Shown: positions 9,846 through 21,721 of the stretch, one piece after another
Layout of the letters: each line of letters starts with the position of its first letter
Position numbering within the stretch: the first letter of the stretch is position 1
Origin: Gamaleyavirus NAN33P5
Length of the DNA stretch: 64,000 nucleotides
Sequence record: OZ035750.1
Reading direction: 5' to 3' (one strand)
Notes under the pieces: generated by a model
What the model was told of the DNA's origin: nothing
The model's database searches: none
What the model saw: the letters and a program-made list of their open reading frames with translations, nothing else
Position numbers and translations under genes: made by a program

Positions 9846-12116
9846 ATGGAACACCAAGACACTTTTAAGCCTTTACCAGACCCGGCTCAATCAGAGAAAC
9901 TAACGGACTGGAAGAAGGAACCAAGTATCCAATTACTGAAGGGTGATTTGGAATCAGCTAAACCTGCTCACGAAGCAATCATGGCACAGATTCGTGAGTG
10001 GAATGACCTGATGGAAGTCAAGGGTAAAGCTAAACCTCCAAAGGTTAAAGGACGTTCTCAAGTCCAACCTAGACTGGTTCGCCGTCAGGCAGAGTGGCGA
10101 TATGCTCCATTGTCTGAGCCGTTCCTCTCATCTAATAAACTCTTTAAAGTAACCCCGGTTACTTTTGAAGATGAGTTAGCTGCAAGACAGAATGAGTTAG
10201 TTCTTAACTACCAATTTCGTACCCAGCTTAATAAAGTGAAGCTGGTAGATGATTACGTACACAGTGTCGTAGATGACGGTACTGGTATTGCTCGTATTGG
10301 CTGGGAACGTAAGACCGTTAAAATTAAAACAGAAACACCGGTCTTCCAGTTGTATCCAATTGAGAACCAGGAACAGGCAGATGTTCTTCAACAGGCTTTA
10401 CAGCTTCAGGCAGAGAATCCTCGTGAGTATGATGAAACAATGCCGGAAGATATTAAGGAAGCTGTTAACTACTTCAATGAAACTGGAGAAGCTACTTATG
10501 CAATCCAGACTGGGATTACTGAAGTAGAAGTAGAGAAGGCACTGGTTAACAGACCTACCGTTGAAATGCTTAACCCCAATAACGTGGTTATTGACCCTAG
10601 TTGTAATGGTGATTTGGATAAGGCTCTGTATGCAGTTATCTCATTTGAGACATGCAAAGCAGACCTCATGAAGAACAAGGACCGTTATCACAATTTAGAT
10701 AAGATTGACTGGGAAAGTTCTAGCCCTATGACTGACCCAGACCATGAAAGTAAAACTCCAAGCGACTTCCAGTTTAAGGATGCACTTCGTAAGAAAGTTG
10801 TTGCCTATGAGTACTGGGGATTCTACGACATCAATGATGATGGCTCTCTGGAACCAATTGTTGCTACCTGGATTGGTTCTACCCTTATTCGTATGGAGAA
10901 GAACCCATTCCCGGATGGTAAGTTACCTTTAGTAGTTGTTCCTTACATGCCCCGTAAACGCGAACTCTTTGGTGAAGCTGATGCTGAACTATTAGGTGAT
11001 AACCAAGCAATCCTTGGTGCAACTATGCGTGGGATGATTGACCTGTTAGGTCGAAGTGCAAATGGTCAACGTGGTTACCCTAAAGGGATGCTGGATACAC
11101 TGAACCGTCGTCGATATGACGATGGACAAGATTATGAATACAACCCAATGCAGGGTAATCCTAGTCAGGCCATTATGGAACATAAGTTCCCTGAGTTACC
11201 TCAGTCGGCAATAGTAATGACCCAGATGCAAAACCAGGAAGCAGAATCCCTAACTGGTGTTAAAGCATTCTCTGGTGGTGTAACTGGTTCAGCTTACGGA
11301 GATGTGGCTGCTGGTATTCGTGGTGCACTTGACGCAGCATCTAAACGTGAGATGGCAATCCTTCGTCGATTAGCTAAGGGTATGGCAGATATTGGTACTA
11401 AGATTTGTGCAATGAATGCCGTGTTCTTATCGGAGAAAGAAGTAGTACGTATTACTAACGAGCAGTATGTAGAGATTAACCGTGAAGACCTTAAAGGTAA
11501 CTTCGATATTGAGGTTGATATTAATACTGCTGAAATTGATAACCAGAAGTCTCAGGACTTGAGCTTCATGGTTCAAACACTGGGTAATACGGTTGACCAG
11601 ACTATTACGTTATCTCTTGTAGCTAAGATTGCAGAACTTAAACGTATGCCTGACCTGGCTCATGAGTTACGTACTTGGCAACCACAGCCAGACCCTATGG
11701 AAGAACAGCTTAAGCAATTGGCAATTCAGAAAGCACAGCTTGAGAATGAAGAGCTGCAAAGTAAGATTGCACTCAATATGGCTAAGGCTAAAGAGGCAGC
11801 TTCTGCTGGTGACCTTAAAGACCTGGATTATCTGGAACAGGAATCTGGTACTAAACATGCTCGTGATATGGAAAAACAAAAAGCACAATCTCAAGGAAAC
11901 CAGAACCTTCAAATAACTAAGGCATTGACAACACCTATTAAAGAAGGTGAAACTACCCCCAACATATCTGCTGCTGTTGGATATAATACATTGACTGACG
12001 GGAACTCTATACCAGAACGTGATTTAGCTGCTCAGCAAGACCCGGCTTATTCACTCAGTTCCCAATACTATGACCCTAGCCAAGACCCAGCATCGGCTCT
12101 TGGCATGAACCTGTAA
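9846..12116 (+). CDS. portal protein
   Basis: 756 aa; size and position (between lysis genes and scaffold/capsid) match N4 gp59-like portal; acidic C-terminus. Confidence 0.65.
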   Translation: MEHQDTFKPLPDPAQSEKLTDWKKEPSIQLLKGDLESAKPAHEAIMAQIREWNDLMEVKGKAKPPKVKGRSQVQPRLVRRQAEWRYAPLSEPFLSSNKLFKVTPVTFEDELAARQNELVLNYQFRTQLNKVKLVDDYVHSVVDDGTGIARIGWERKTVKIKTETPVFQLYPIENQEQADVLQQALQLQAENPREYDETMPEDIKEAVNYFNETGEATYAIQTGITEVEVEKALVNRPTVEMLNPNNVVIDPSCNGDLDKALYAVISFETCKADLMKNKDRYHNLDKIDWESSSPMTDPDHESKTPSDFQFKDALRKKVVAYEYWGFYDINDDGSLEPIVATWIGSTLIRMEKNPFPDGKLPLVVVPYMPRKRELFGEADAELLGDNQAILGATMRGMIDLLGRSANGQRGYPKGMLDTLNRRRYDDGQDYEYNPMQGNPSQAIMEHKFPELPQSAIVMTQMQNQEAESLTGVKAFSGGVTGSAYGDVAAGIRGALDAASKREMAILRRLAKGMADIGTKICAMNAVFLSEKEVVRITNEQYVEINREDLKGNFDIEVDINTAEIDNQKSQDLSFMVQTLGNTVDQTITLSLVAKIAELKRMPDLAHELRTWQPQPDPMEEQLKQLAIQKAQLENEELQSKIALNMAKAKEAASAGDLKDLDYLEQESGTKHARDMEKQKAQSQGNQNLQITKALTTPIKEGETTPNISAAVGYNTLTDGNSIPERDLAAQQDPAYSLSSQYYDPSQDPASALGMNL

Positions 12117-12129
12117 GGCAGACCTTCAC

Positions 12130-12474
12130 ATGAGTAAAGAATCAACAATCGCTGGACTGGAACATCGACTGGAAGCTGCTAAAGGTGCAGTTGCACATGC
12201 AGAAGATGTACGTAAACTTCTGGAGAATCCACTGTTCCGTAAAGTAATTCTTCGCCAGTTCTGTGTGGAAGATTGCGCACGTTACGTGCAAGAGTCTGGT
12301 GACCCACTGCTTGAAGCTAATAACCGTGCAGATGCATTGAACATGGCTCAAGCTGCTGGTCACTTACGTCGTTGGCTCGACCTCGCTATTCGTATGGGTG
12401 AAAACGAAGCTGACGTTATTCTACAGGTAGAAGAAGAACTCGACGCAGTTCGTGCTGAACCTGAAGACGAATAA
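12130..12474 (+). CDS. hypothetical head-module protein
   Basis: 114-aa ORF between portal and scaffold-like gene. Confidence 0.35.
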   Translation: MSKESTIAGLEHRLEAAKGAVAHAEDVRKLLENPLFRKVILRQFCVEDCARYVQESGDPLLEANNRADALNMAQAAGHLRRWLDLAIRMGENEADVILQVEEELDAVRAEPEDE

Positions 12475-12493
12475 TTAACCGGAGATATTTCCT

Positions 12494-13714
12494 ATGACTA
12501 CGGAAGCTGCAACCACAGCTTCCGACATTCTCGCAATGTCGGATGATGAGATTCTGAATATGGAAGCCCCAGCAGTTATCGCTGAGGAAGAAACTTCCAC
12601 TCAGAACAACCCTGAAACCAACGGCGTACAGACTCCTGAAGAAGAAGTTTACACCCCTGCTGTTGAAGACCTACCAACCGAAGAAACCTCCCCCGAAGCC
12701 GAACCAGATGAAGAAGATTCAGCAAATACTTTAACTTCTGATAAAGTTGATGATAAAGTTGTTGACACAGAAGTTGATAGTAACGGTGAGCCGATTACTA
12801 AAGCTGAACCTTCTACTACTGAACCAGGCCAGGAACAGAAAGAAGAAGGCAAACAGTCTGAAGGTCTGCCTGCTGACTTCAACTATAAGGAAGGTTACGA
12901 GAAGTTGATGGCTCCTTTTAAAGCTAACGGCAAAATGATTACTCCCCGTTCACCGGAGGAGGCCATTAGCCTGATGCAGATGGGTGCTAACTATACTCGT
13001 AAGATGCAAGAACTACAGCCTTACCGTAAGGTAATGTTGATGTTACAGAACAACGGTTTGATGGATGAGGATAAACTTTCTTTCCTGATTGATCTGGATA
13101 AAAAGAATCCTGAAGCCATTAAGAAGTTGCTCAAAGACTCTGGTACAGACCCTCTGGACTTTAACCCAGATGAGGAAATTAACTACCAGGGTGGCAATCA
13201 CCGTGTTACCGACACCGAAGCAGATTTTGCAACCGAAATTGACGACTTAAAGTCTACTCAAGAAGGACAAGCTACATTAGGTGTTATTAGTTCGACATGG
13301 GATGCTGTCAGTAAAGATGCTCTTTACCAGAATCGTGGGCTACTCCAGACTATTCACGAACAACGTGAGAATGGTATTTATGACACCATTGCAAACGAAG
13401 TGAATCGTCTTCAGATGTTAGGCCAGATTCCGGTTGGTACTCCGTTCATTCAGGCTTATAACCACGTCGGTAACCTCCTTTCACAGCAAGGGGCATTTAA
13501 CCGAGTGGCTAAGCCTGAACCGGTACAAGCAGTTAAACCAGTGGTTCAGCCGGTAGTGCGTGTAGCACAACCTAAGCAGACCCTGGCTAACAGTGAGCAA
13601 GCTAAAGCAGCTTCCCTTAGTCGGGCTGCTACACGTAAAGCAACACCTATTGTAAACCCACTCGCTATGAGTGATGAAGATTTCGCTAAACTCCCAGTAC
13701 CGGGTAGTCTTTAA
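12494..13714 (+). CDS. putative scaffolding protein
   Basis: 406 aa, highly acidic Glu/Pro/Thr-rich N-terminal region, immediately upstream of major capsid gene. Confidence 0.4.
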   Translation: MTTEAATTASDILAMSDDEILNMEAPAVIAEEETSTQNNPETNGVQTPEEEVYTPAVEDLPTEETSPEAEPDEEDSANTLTSDKVDDKVVDTEVDSNGEPITKAEPSTTEPGQEQKEEGKQSEGLPADFNYKEGYEKLMAPFKANGKMITPRSPEEAISLMQMGANYTRKMQELQPYRKVMLMLQNNGLMDEDKLSFLIDLDKKNPEAIKKLLKDSGTDPLDFNPDEEINYQGGNHRVTDTEADFATEIDDLKSTQEGQATLGVISSTWDAVSKDALYQNRGLLQTIHEQRENGIYDTIANEVNRLQMLGQIPVGTPFIQAYNHVGNLLSQQGAFNRVAKPEPVQAVKPVVQPVVRVAQPKQTLANSEQAKAASLSRAATRKATPIVNPLAMSDEDFAKLPVPGSL

Positions 13715-13730
13715 ACAGGAATAAGATGAT

Positions 13731-14933
13731 ATGTTAAACTATAACGCTCCAGTTGACGGTCAGAAATCTAGCATTGATGGTGCTGGTTCCGACCAGATGA
13801 ATACCTTTTACTGGCTGAAGAAAGCTATTATTCAGTCCCGCAAAGATCAGTACTTCATGCCACTGGCTAACACCATCAACATGCCGAAGAACTACGGTAA
13901 GACTGTTAAGGTGTATGAGTACGTTCCACTGCTTGATGATAAGAACATCAACGACCAGGGTATTGATGCCAACGGTGCTACCATCGTTAATGGTAACCTG
14001 TATGGTTCGTCCAAAGACGTTGGTAACATCACCTCTAAACTGCCTCTGCTGACAGAGAACGGTGGTCGTGTTAACCGTGTAGGCTTTACCCGTATTTCTC
14101 GCGAAGGTTCCATTCATAAGTTCGGTTTCTTCTACGAATTTACCCAAGAGTCTCTGGACTTTGATTCTGATGACCAGCTGAAAGAACACCTGTCCCGTGA
14201 ACTGATGAACGGTGCTGTACAGTTGACTGAAGCTGTTCTCCAGAAAGACCTGTTGGCTGCTGCTGGTACTGTACTGTATGCAGGTGCTGCTACCTCTGAT
14301 GCTACCATCACTGGTGAAGGTTCTACCCCGTCCGTAGTTTCTTATAAGAACCTGATGCGTCTTGACCAGATTCTTACTGAGAACCGTACTCCGACTCAGA
14401 CTACTATCATCACTGGTTCTAAACTTACTGATACCAAAGTACTTGGTGGTACTCGTGTAATGTACGTTGGTTCTGAACTGGTTCCTGAACTGAAAGCGAT
14501 GAAAGACCTGTTCGGTAACAAAGCATTCATTGAGGTTCAGCACTATGCTGATGCTGGTACTCTGATGAATGGTGAAGTTGGTTGTATCGACAAGTTCCGT
14601 ATTATCCAGGTTCCAGAGATGCTGCATTGGGCAGGTGCTGGTGCTCAAGTCTATTCTAACCCGGGTTACCGTTCTTCTATGGTTAGTGGTCAAGAACACT
14701 ACGACGTATTCCCGATGCTGGTAGTTGGTGATGACTCCTTCTCTACCATTGGCTTCCAGACTGATGGTAAGTCTGTTAAGTTCTCCATCATGACTAAGAT
14801 GCCTGGTCGAGAAACTGCTGACCGTAATGACCCGTATGGCGAGACTGGTTTCAGTTCCATCAAGTGGTACTACGGTATTCTGGTTAAACGCCCAGAACGT
14901 CTGGCTCTGATTAAGACTGTTGCTCCTCTGTAA
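13731..14933 (+). CDS. major capsid protein
   Basis: 400 aa; position after scaffold; strong hairpin directly downstream; size equals N4 gp56-like MCP. Confidence 0.75.
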   Translation: MLNYNAPVDGQKSSIDGAGSDQMNTFYWLKKAIIQSRKDQYFMPLANTINMPKNYGKTVKVYEYVPLLDDKNINDQGIDANGATIVNGNLYGSSKDVGNITSKLPLLTENGGRVNRVGFTRISREGSIHKFGFFYEFTQESLDFDSDDQLKEHLSRELMNGAVQLTEAVLQKDLLAAAGTVLYAGAATSDATITGEGSTPSVVSYKNLMRLDQILTENRTPTQTTIITGSKLTDTKVLGGTRVMYVGSELVPELKAMKDLFGNKAFIEVQHYADAGTLMNGEVGCIDKFRIIQVPEMLHWAGAGAQVYSNPGYRSSMVSGQEHYDVFPMLVVGDDSFSTIGFQTDGKSVKFSIMTKMPGRETADRNDPYGETGFSSIKWYYGILVKRPERLALIKTVAPL

Positions 14934-14949
14934 TAGTCCTAAATAAAGT

Positions 14950-14975
14950 AAGGGGGACTTATGTCCCCCTCTTAA
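14950..14975 (+). terminator. hairpin/terminator after capsid gene
   Basis: gggggac-ttat-gtccccc stem-loop followed by weak T-tract. Confidence 0.5.
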
Positions 14976-15000
14976 CAAAACAAAATGAACCACAGGAAAT

Positions 15001-15642
15001 ATGAACATGAGCATTAACGATAAACCGACCACTGACGTAGAACTGGACGTACAGGGCAACGAAGATACCGTTAACGATATTGCAATGCCTAGCGAACTTG
15101 ATGTTCTTAAGCAACGTGCAACGTTGATGAATATTAAGTTCTCTAACAACATCTCCGTTGAGAAGCTCCGTGAGAAGATTGAAGCTGCACAAGCAAAAGA
15201 CGAACCAGAAGTAAAAGAATCTACTGTTAACCCTTTGGGTGAAAAACAAGAGGCAGGTGTTAAGAAAATGACTCTGGGTCAGAAGATTCGTGCAGAACAG
15301 ACTCGACTGATTCGTGTACGTATCCAGAACCTTGACCCTAAGAAGAAAGATCTGCCGGGTGAAATTATCACCGTAGCTAACGAATATATGGGTACTGTAC
15401 GTAAGTTTGTTCCATTCGGTGAAGTAACCGACAACGGTTATCATATTCCGTATTGTATTTATGAGTTCCTTAAAGAACGTAAGTTTGTCAATATTACGAC
15501 TCGCAAAGGTAAGAATGGCTTACCGGATATCCGTGCAACAGAAGCACGTGAGTTCTCCATTGAAGTATTGCCACCACTGACTGAAGCAGAATTGGCTCAA
15601 CTGGCTCAAGCACAGATTGCTGCTGGTAGCCTGAACGATTAA
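15001..15642 (+). CDS. virion protein (unknown function)
   Basis: 213-aa ORF in structural operon. Confidence 0.4.
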   Translation: MNMSINDKPTTDVELDVQGNEDTVNDIAMPSELDVLKQRATLMNIKFSNNISVEKLREKIEAAQAKDEPEVKESTVNPLGEKQEAGVKKMTLGQKIRAEQTRLIRVRIQNLDPKKKDLPGEIITVANEYMGTVRKFVPFGEVTDNGYHIPYCIYEFLKERKFVNITTRKGKNGLPDIRATEAREFSIEVLPPLTEAELAQLAQAQIAAGSLND

Positions 15643-15661
15643 CGTATAAGCTACAGTTCAA

Positions 15662-15700
15662 CACGGCTCACTGGGGTAACTCCGTGGGCCGTTTCTTTTT
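15662..15700 (+). terminator. putative intrinsic terminator
   Basis: acggctcac / gtgggccgt imperfect stem followed by ttcttttt. Confidence 0.45.
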
Positions 15701-15712
15701 GAACCAAGAGGA

Positions 15713-16555
15713 ATGATTATGTCTTGTTCTGCTGAGGTAGAAGCTAACCGACTCCTAGATGAGTTAACTAAGGGTGATGACTTTACCCTTCCTAATGTTG
15801 ATATGTCTGGTCCTGAATGGGATATCCCTGGTGGAGATAGCTCCCCAATCTTTGGTGCTATTACTAAAATAACAAACGAATCGCTTACTACCCGTGAAGT
15901 AGGTGGTAGTGGTACGTTTGATGCATTAATGGAATCTGCACACAATCACCTTAAAGCTGAGTATAAAGCTAACCGTATTACTGGTGGTGAATATACCAAG
16001 GCGTACATTGCTACGATGGAAGCCTGCATGAATAATGCTGTTCAGTTCTTACTTGGTCGTGACCAAGCATACTGGGCTGCTGCTATGGCACAGATTCAGG
16101 CAGTTACTGCACGTGTTGGTTTGGCAACGGCTAAAGCACAGTTTGTACTTGCTAAGGCACAAGCACTGTCTACTAAATCTGAGTATGCCTTAACTAAGCT
16201 GAAACTCTCTAATGAGGGCCAGAATTACTGTGCTGCAAAGTTCAATGTGGATGAGATTCTTCCTGCACAGGAACGCTTATTACAAGAACAATACGAAGTA
16301 CAGCGTGCACAAACCATGGAAACCCGTTCTGACTCTTTACCAATCAAAGGTAGTATTGGTAAGCAGAAGGAGCTGTATGACCAACAGATTACTTCTTATC
16401 AACGTGATGCAGAAGTTAAAGCATCCAAACTATTTACCGATGCGTGGATTACACAGAAGACTATTGATGAGGGCTTGAATCCTCCTAATGGTTTCACTAA
16501 CGCAAGTATTGATACCATTCTGTCCAAGCTGAAGTCTAACAACGGGCTGAACTAA
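15713..16555 (+). CDS. virion protein (unknown function)
   Basis: 280-aa ORF; stop overlaps next gene start. Confidence 0.4.
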   Translation: MIMSCSAEVEANRLLDELTKGDDFTLPNVDMSGPEWDIPGGDSSPIFGAITKITNESLTTREVGGSGTFDALMESAHNHLKAEYKANRITGGEYTKAYIATMEACMNNAVQFLLGRDQAYWAAAMAQIQAVTARVGLATAKAQFVLAKAQALSTKSEYALTKLKLSNEGQNYCAAKFNVDEILPAQERLLQEQYEVQRAQTMETRSDSLPIKGSIGKQKELYDQQITSYQRDAEVKASKLFTDAWITQKTIDEGLNPPNGFTNASIDTILSKLKSNNGLN

Positions 16556-16556
16556 T

Positions 16557-19211
16557 ATGGGCTTATTCAGTGGGAAGACCAAAGTATACGTAGCATCCTC
16601 TGTCTATAACATGGCAGGGGATATACATAAGCGTCCAAACTATATGAAGACTGTGGTTATTGGTAATATTGTTTTTAATACAGGATTCACTATGGCAGAC
16701 ACTATCTCCGATAGTTATCTGAACGGACCTGGTATTCGTATGCGACTGTTCTCCAGCTGGAGTAAGAACCACTATGATTCAGAAGTTGGTATGGCAGGTT
16801 CTTCATTGGGTGTACTGGCTAAGATTGACCCTACTGTTATAGAGGGTCAAATTACCCCACCTGCTGGAGAATCAGTCTATGTTCAGGCAGCAGAGATTGG
16901 CTTTGCTGACTTTGAGCAATGGTGTGACCAGTATCTTTATGAGAATGCCCCAAGTCGTATCATGGAACGATTCGACGTAGACATTGATGAAGATACTAAT
17001 GAAATTACTATGACTTCCCTGGATGGAGGTTCTACCATTACATTCACACCTACTAATTTTGAACCAGGTGCTTTGTATCTCTATGCTGATTACACATTCT
17101 ATAAGTCCCCGACTACTAATCCACCTGTAGTAGGACCGACTACTGTCTATGATGGTGAGGATGACTTACCATCTACTTTGTTGTGGACTACCATCTCAAG
17201 CGATACGACAGCTAATACAGCCAATCTTACCAAGACTATACAGACTCATTCTGTTTACTCTGATGGTAGGCCAGATGAAGACAGTACTGTTACTGAACCA
17301 AGTGTAGATAACTGGAACTCTTACGTTAAGGTTTACCGTAGAGGATTTACTGAGAAGCCTGATGATGTAACTGTAGTTGTATCTGACAGGGTAATGACTC
17401 ATACAAAGTTTGGTGAGATTCAATCCAATACTACTGTAACTACCAATGTAGTTGATTTAGGCGGTGGTGTTACTCGCACTGACACAATCACCACAATTAC
17501 AGAGACACTGGTTCGTAAATACTCATCTCAGATTACTCGTACTGATACTGAGATGGCTGCTGTTAGTACACCTAAGCTGCTTATCTATAAGCATAATTCT
17601 GGCAACGCTGTACTTGACTCCCTATTTGAGACTGAAGCTACTGATAACCGATTCTATCCATTCATTCCAATCAGGAATGATAAACAATGGGTAGAGTATG
17701 ACCCAATTTACCCCCACTGTAAGAAGGCACTCTATAAAGCTACTGGTGGTAAGCTTAATAAAGTAATGACGGAGCTTAAGAAGAATAAGGACATAGGTGA
17801 TATTCAGTACATTTATGGCACATTCGGTGTATCCCTTAATACTCCAGAGGATACTGCTAAGGAATATATCTACCGTTTCTTTCAGATGGCTACTGAAGCA
17901 TTCCCACCAGACCCAACTTACCCTACGCTGGAATCGGTAATTGCAGGTTATCAGGCAGCAAATGATGCAGTCGATGCATACGTAAAATGGTGGAACAGGC
18001 AGGAAGGTCTTATTGTTGGAACACCACCCCCCTTGCCGGAATATCCTGTCATACCTAAGCGAGAGTTTAGGGTGCATAGTAGTAAGCATTATAAGTATGA
18101 CATGACCATCCGTTGGAATTATGTATCTGAAACTACACATTCTGGTAAAGCATGGGCAGGTGCTAAACAAGGACAACTTCGAGCCAGGTATGCAGGGGAT
18201 ATAACTCTTACACGCAAGAACATACGTACAGCTAGTAACTCTGGTTCAACCAAAAGATTGGAAGTTATCCCTACGTTTTACTCTATGCAGGAATATGAGT
18301 TGCTTTGGCAAGATGGTAGTAACACCTATCGTAAACTTAGGGTACTTGGTCTACATCACAGCAACAGGGTGTATAAAAACAAGTCAGTAAACATTGATGT
18401 TGCTGAAGCAATGGGTGATGCAGAAGAGAGTGGATTCATTATCCCACTGCACACTAACATCTACCGTTCAATGTCACTGACTCGTAGTACTCAGCTGTCT
18501 ACTGCTTGTTCCTACTTAGTAATGAACTCATATAAGAAGGTTAAGAAGAAGTGGTATCAAACTTCTGCCTTTAAGATTGTGGTTGTTGTAGTTGCTGTCG
18601 TTGTATCTGTATTCACTATGGGTGCTGGTGGTGTAGGTATACTTGGGGCTTATGGTGCAGTTGGTGCATCACTCGGTTTTGTTGGATTAGCTGCTGCAAT
18701 AGTAGGTGCTGTAGCAAACGCCATTGCTGCAATGATTATGATATCTATTGTCACTAAAGTATCTACTTCACTGTTTGGTGATAAGCTAGGTTTTATCATC
18801 GCTGCTGTTGCTTCAATGGTAGCTATGAATGTTGGTACTGCTCTATCTACTGGTACATCCTTATCTACCTTAGCCAGCGAAATGATGAATGCCCAAAACA
18901 TCATGCAGCTCACCAGTTCAGTAGGTAACGGTATTAGCCAGTATATTAATGCATCTACGGCTGCTACTATTCAGAAAGCAGAGAGTGTAATGCAGAAGTA
19001 CAATACCGATATGATGGCAATCAATAAGCAGTATGAAGAAATGTTTGGTACTGCTGGACAGGGTGTAATTGACCCTATGCAATTCGTGTCAATGGAGTCG
19101 ATGGATTCTTTCCTCTCACGTACTCTTATGACTGGTTCAGATATAGCTGATATGTCTCTAAACATGATTGGCAGCTACACTGATATGACTCTTAATACTG
19201 ACCTTGTTTAA
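16557..19211 (+). CDS. large virion/ejection protein with C-terminal Gly/Ala-rich membrane-like region
   Basis: 884 aa; about 120-aa hydrophobic G/A/V-rich stretch ('VVVVVAVVVSVFTMGAGGVGILGAYGAVGASLGFVGLAAAIVGAV...') near C-terminus. Confidence 0.45.
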   Translation: MGLFSGKTKVYVASSVYNMAGDIHKRPNYMKTVVIGNIVFNTGFTMADTISDSYLNGPGIRMRLFSSWSKNHYDSEVGMAGSSLGVLAKIDPTVIEGQITPPAGESVYVQAAEIGFADFEQWCDQYLYENAPSRIMERFDVDIDEDTNEITMTSLDGGSTITFTPTNFEPGALYLYADYTFYKSPTTNPPVVGPTTVYDGEDDLPSTLLWTTISSDTTANTANLTKTIQTHSVYSDGRPDEDSTVTEPSVDNWNSYVKVYRRGFTEKPDDVTVVVSDRVMTHTKFGEIQSNTTVTTNVVDLGGGVTRTDTITTITETLVRKYSSQITRTDTEMAAVSTPKLLIYKHNSGNAVLDSLFETEATDNRFYPFIPIRNDKQWVEYDPIYPHCKKALYKATGGKLNKVMTELKKNKDIGDIQYIYGTFGVSLNTPEDTAKEYIYRFFQMATEAFPPDPTYPTLESVIAGYQAANDAVDAYVKWWNRQEGLIVGTPPPLPEYPVIPKREFRVHSSKHYKYDMTIRWNYVSETTHSGKAWAGAKQGQLRARYAGDITLTRKNIRTASNSGSTKRLEVIPTFYSMQEYELLWQDGSNTYRKLRVLGLHHSNRVYKNKSVNIDVAEAMGDAEESGFIIPLHTNIYRSMSLTRSTQLSTACSYLVMNSYKKVKKKWYQTSAFKIVVVVVAVVVSVFTMGAGGVGILGAYGAVGASLGFVGLAAAIVGAVANAIAAMIMISIVTKVSTSLFGDKLGFIIAAVASMVAMNVGTALSTGTSLSTLASEMMNAQNIMQLTSSVGNGISQYINASTAATIQKAESVMQKYNTDMMAINKQYEEMFGTAGQGVIDPMQFVSMESMDSFLSRTLMTGSDIADMSLNMIGSYTDMTLNTDLV

Positions 19212-19668
19212 CAGGAGAATCCTTATGGATTTGTCATTCTTAACAGGCAACCAAGCCCCTCAGCCAGGAGCTATGTCTTGGATGCCTAATAACAATCAGA
19301 ACTTTAATACCCCAGCTATGAACTATATCCCCGGTGCAACTATTGGTATGAATGCAGGTATAGGAGTAGCCTCCCCTACTTCTTTCTTGTCTGGTTCAGC
19401 TAATCAGTTGGGTATGAACGTACCTACCTTCCAGCTAGGGCTTGGTGCACTTGGTTCCTTAGCTGGTATCTATAGTGGTTTTCAGGCCAACAAGTTAGCC
19501 AAAGACCAGTTGAACTTCACTAAGAGTGTTACTAACACTAACCTGAATAACCAGATTAAGTCTTATAACACTGCACTGGAAGACCGTGCTCGCAGTCGTG
19601 CTACAGCAGAGAATCGTGACCAGTCTTCGGCTGATGCTTACATTGCAGCTAATAAACTAACTCGTTAA
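19204..19668 (+). CDS. virion protein (unknown function)
   Basis: 154-aa ORF overlapping the previous stop. Confidence 0.4.
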   Translation: MFNRRILMDLSFLTGNQAPQPGAMSWMPNNNQNFNTPAMNYIPGATIGMNAGIGVASPTSFLSGSANQLGMNVPTFQLGLGALGSLAGIYSGFQANKLAKDQLNFTKSVTNTNLNNQIKSYNTALEDRARSRATAENRDQSSADAYIAANKLTR

Positions 19669-19680
19669 TAGGAAACCATC

Positions 19681-21645
19681 ATGGCTCAGATAACGTGGAG
19701 AAATGTTGATGCACCTAACTTCTCTGGAGTTGGTGACAGCATTCGCACATTTGGCAGCATGATTGGTAACGCCACCTCCGGCTTAAGTGATGCACTGGGT
19801 AATTTCCAGAACGCTGCCAAGCAGGAGGCTGGCAATGCCGTCATGATGAATGCTATGCAGTATCAGGACCCGAATGAATACCGTAATGCTTTGGCATCCG
19901 GTGCTCTGTTTCAGGGGGTTGACCCTTCACTGGTAAACCAGCGTACTCTTCAGAATCTGGATGAGCGAGCAGGTACATTACTGACTCAACAAGGACAGCA
20001 GGGAACCAATGACTACATTGCATATCGCTTTGGACGTTTACAGGATACTAACACTGCATTAGATAATGCTTCCCCTGCTATTCGTTTACTGTCTGAGGCT
20101 TATCAGTCGGGTGACCAGAATCGTATTAATGCTGCATTAAGTCAGACCCGTGATGCATTGTCTGCACTCCCTGCTGACCAACAACTGGAGATGATGGGTA
20201 GTCTTCAAGGTCAGGGCAGTCAGGCTATTAATCAGGCACAGAACCGTTTTGATTTGGGTGTGGCTCAACGTAATGATGCTGATAGTCAGGCAGCTATGGG
20301 TGTAATGTCACAGATTACCCGTGGTGCTGAGAACCCAAATGATGCCCGTCTGTTGGCAGAAGCATATAGTAAGAACCTGTCCCCAGTTGCACAGGCACGT
20401 TTGCAGGGATTACTGGCTAATGCTTACCCAGGTGTTTACGGTAATGGTGTAGGTGCTGCATCTGCTCCGGGTACTGCTGGTACACGGCAGGGTTCGCCTT
20501 ATGATGTTACTTACCAGTTTGCTGGTACATCTACTCCTATTACTCAAATGAGTATTGGTGATGTAATTAAACACCAGGATGGTATGAAATCGAACCAGGG
20601 TGCTTCACCTGTTGGTGCATTCCAGATTAACCAAGCTACTCTGAAAGACTTCGCTCCCAAAGTTCTTGGTTCAGATTGGCAAAGCCAGCCTCTTTCTCCT
20701 GAGAACCAGGATAAGATTGGTAAGGCTATCTTTGAGTCTCGTAAGAATGGTAACCTTAAAGATACCTGGGCTGCTCTGCCTAACTCTACCCCAGGTGCTT
20801 ATAAGGATATGACATGGGAAGAGGTTAAACCTGTTATTGCCCAAGCTGAAGTAGGGGCTGACCCACTTGCTATGGTTCAGAATAATCAGGGCAATCAGGC
20901 AGTATCTACTCTGGCTCAGGGTATGATTGGTACACGTTCTATGCAGGATAACACCGGTAGTCTTAATACTGACTTCCTCGGTACTGTCACTGATAATACC
21001 CCAGTGGGTGATATTGCTAACCGTCTGTTGGAGGGTGATTTTAAAGGTGCTGACCGTAACTGGGTACTGAACCGGCTGAACGATATTTCTCAGCGTGGAA
21101 ATATGTCACCAGCTATGGCTGCTGCTGTTATGCAACGTGCACAGACTGGAGTACCTGAGGGTTATATTGGTCGTGCTATTGATGCAGTTAACCCATTCAT
21201 TACCAATGAAGCCGGTAATGGTATGCGTCTTAATGACCGTCAGGTAGAACAGTTAATTGAAGGTGTAAAACGGGGGGAGCCACTGGAAGGTAGTGTTCGT
21301 AACCTAGGTCGTGCTCAGGCTATGCAGAACATTCAGGCAGCACAGACTGCATATGATGCTGCCGTAGCTGCACTGGCAAATACCCAGAATAAGATTAACA
21401 CCGGACAAAGTGGTCTTACTGCACTGTTACCTGCACGTCAGGAGGCTGTTACTAAAGCTGCTGCAATGCTCCAAGCTGCACAGGCACAAGTACAGGCTGA
21501 CCCAGCTAACCTGGCTCCAAGGGGTTTCCAGTCACAGGCTAGTGTAGATAGAGCACGAGCTAAGGAAGATGAAGAACGTGCTGCACGGTACTTACGTCAG
21601 GCACAAGGACTGCCTGAGTATATGCAACCAAGGCAAAATCGGTAA
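19681..21645 (+). CDS. virion protein, possible muralytic (transglycosylase-like) ejection protein
   Basis: 654 aa; segment 'GASPVGAFQINQATL' weakly resembles SLT 'GLMQ' region; followed by strong terminator. Confidence 0.4.
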   Translation: MAQITWRNVDAPNFSGVGDSIRTFGSMIGNATSGLSDALGNFQNAAKQEAGNAVMMNAMQYQDPNEYRNALASGALFQGVDPSLVNQRTLQNLDERAGTLLTQQGQQGTNDYIAYRFGRLQDTNTALDNASPAIRLLSEAYQSGDQNRINAALSQTRDALSALPADQQLEMMGSLQGQGSQAINQAQNRFDLGVAQRNDADSQAAMGVMSQITRGAENPNDARLLAEAYSKNLSPVAQARLQGLLANAYPGVYGNGVGAASAPGTAGTRQGSPYDVTYQFAGTSTPITQMSIGDVIKHQDGMKSNQGASPVGAFQINQATLKDFAPKVLGSDWQSQPLSPENQDKIGKAIFESRKNGNLKDTWAALPNSTPGAYKDMTWEEVKPVIAQAEVGADPLAMVQNNQGNQAVSTLAQGMIGTRSMQDNTGSLNTDFLGTVTDNTPVGDIANRLLEGDFKGADRNWVLNRLNDISQRGNMSPAMAAAVMQRAQTGVPEGYIGRAIDAVNPFITNEAGNGMRLNDRQVEQLIEGVKRGEPLEGSVRNLGRAQAMQNIQAAQTAYDAAVAALANTQNKINTGQSGLTALLPARQEAVTKAAAMLQAAQAQVQADPANLAPRGFQSQASVDRARAKEDEERAARYLRQAQGLPEYMQPRQNR

Positions 21646-21653
21646 TACTAATA

Positions 21654-21678
21654 AAAGCCCTACGGGGCTTTTTTCTTT
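21654..21678 (+). terminator. rho-independent terminator
   Basis: aagccc-tacg-gggctt stem-loop followed by ttttcttt. Confidence 0.8.
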
Positions 21679-21721
21679 AACTGGCTTACTGTAGAGTAAG
21701 TTACCTATATACGATATAAGT

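Noticed and set aside
13734-15152. 472-aa minus-strand ORF antisense to the major capsid gene
   Set aside because: Fully overlaps the high-confidence capsid gene on the opposite strand inside a unidirectional late operon; low-complexity Ser/Thr/Val-rich translation typical of antisense artefacts.
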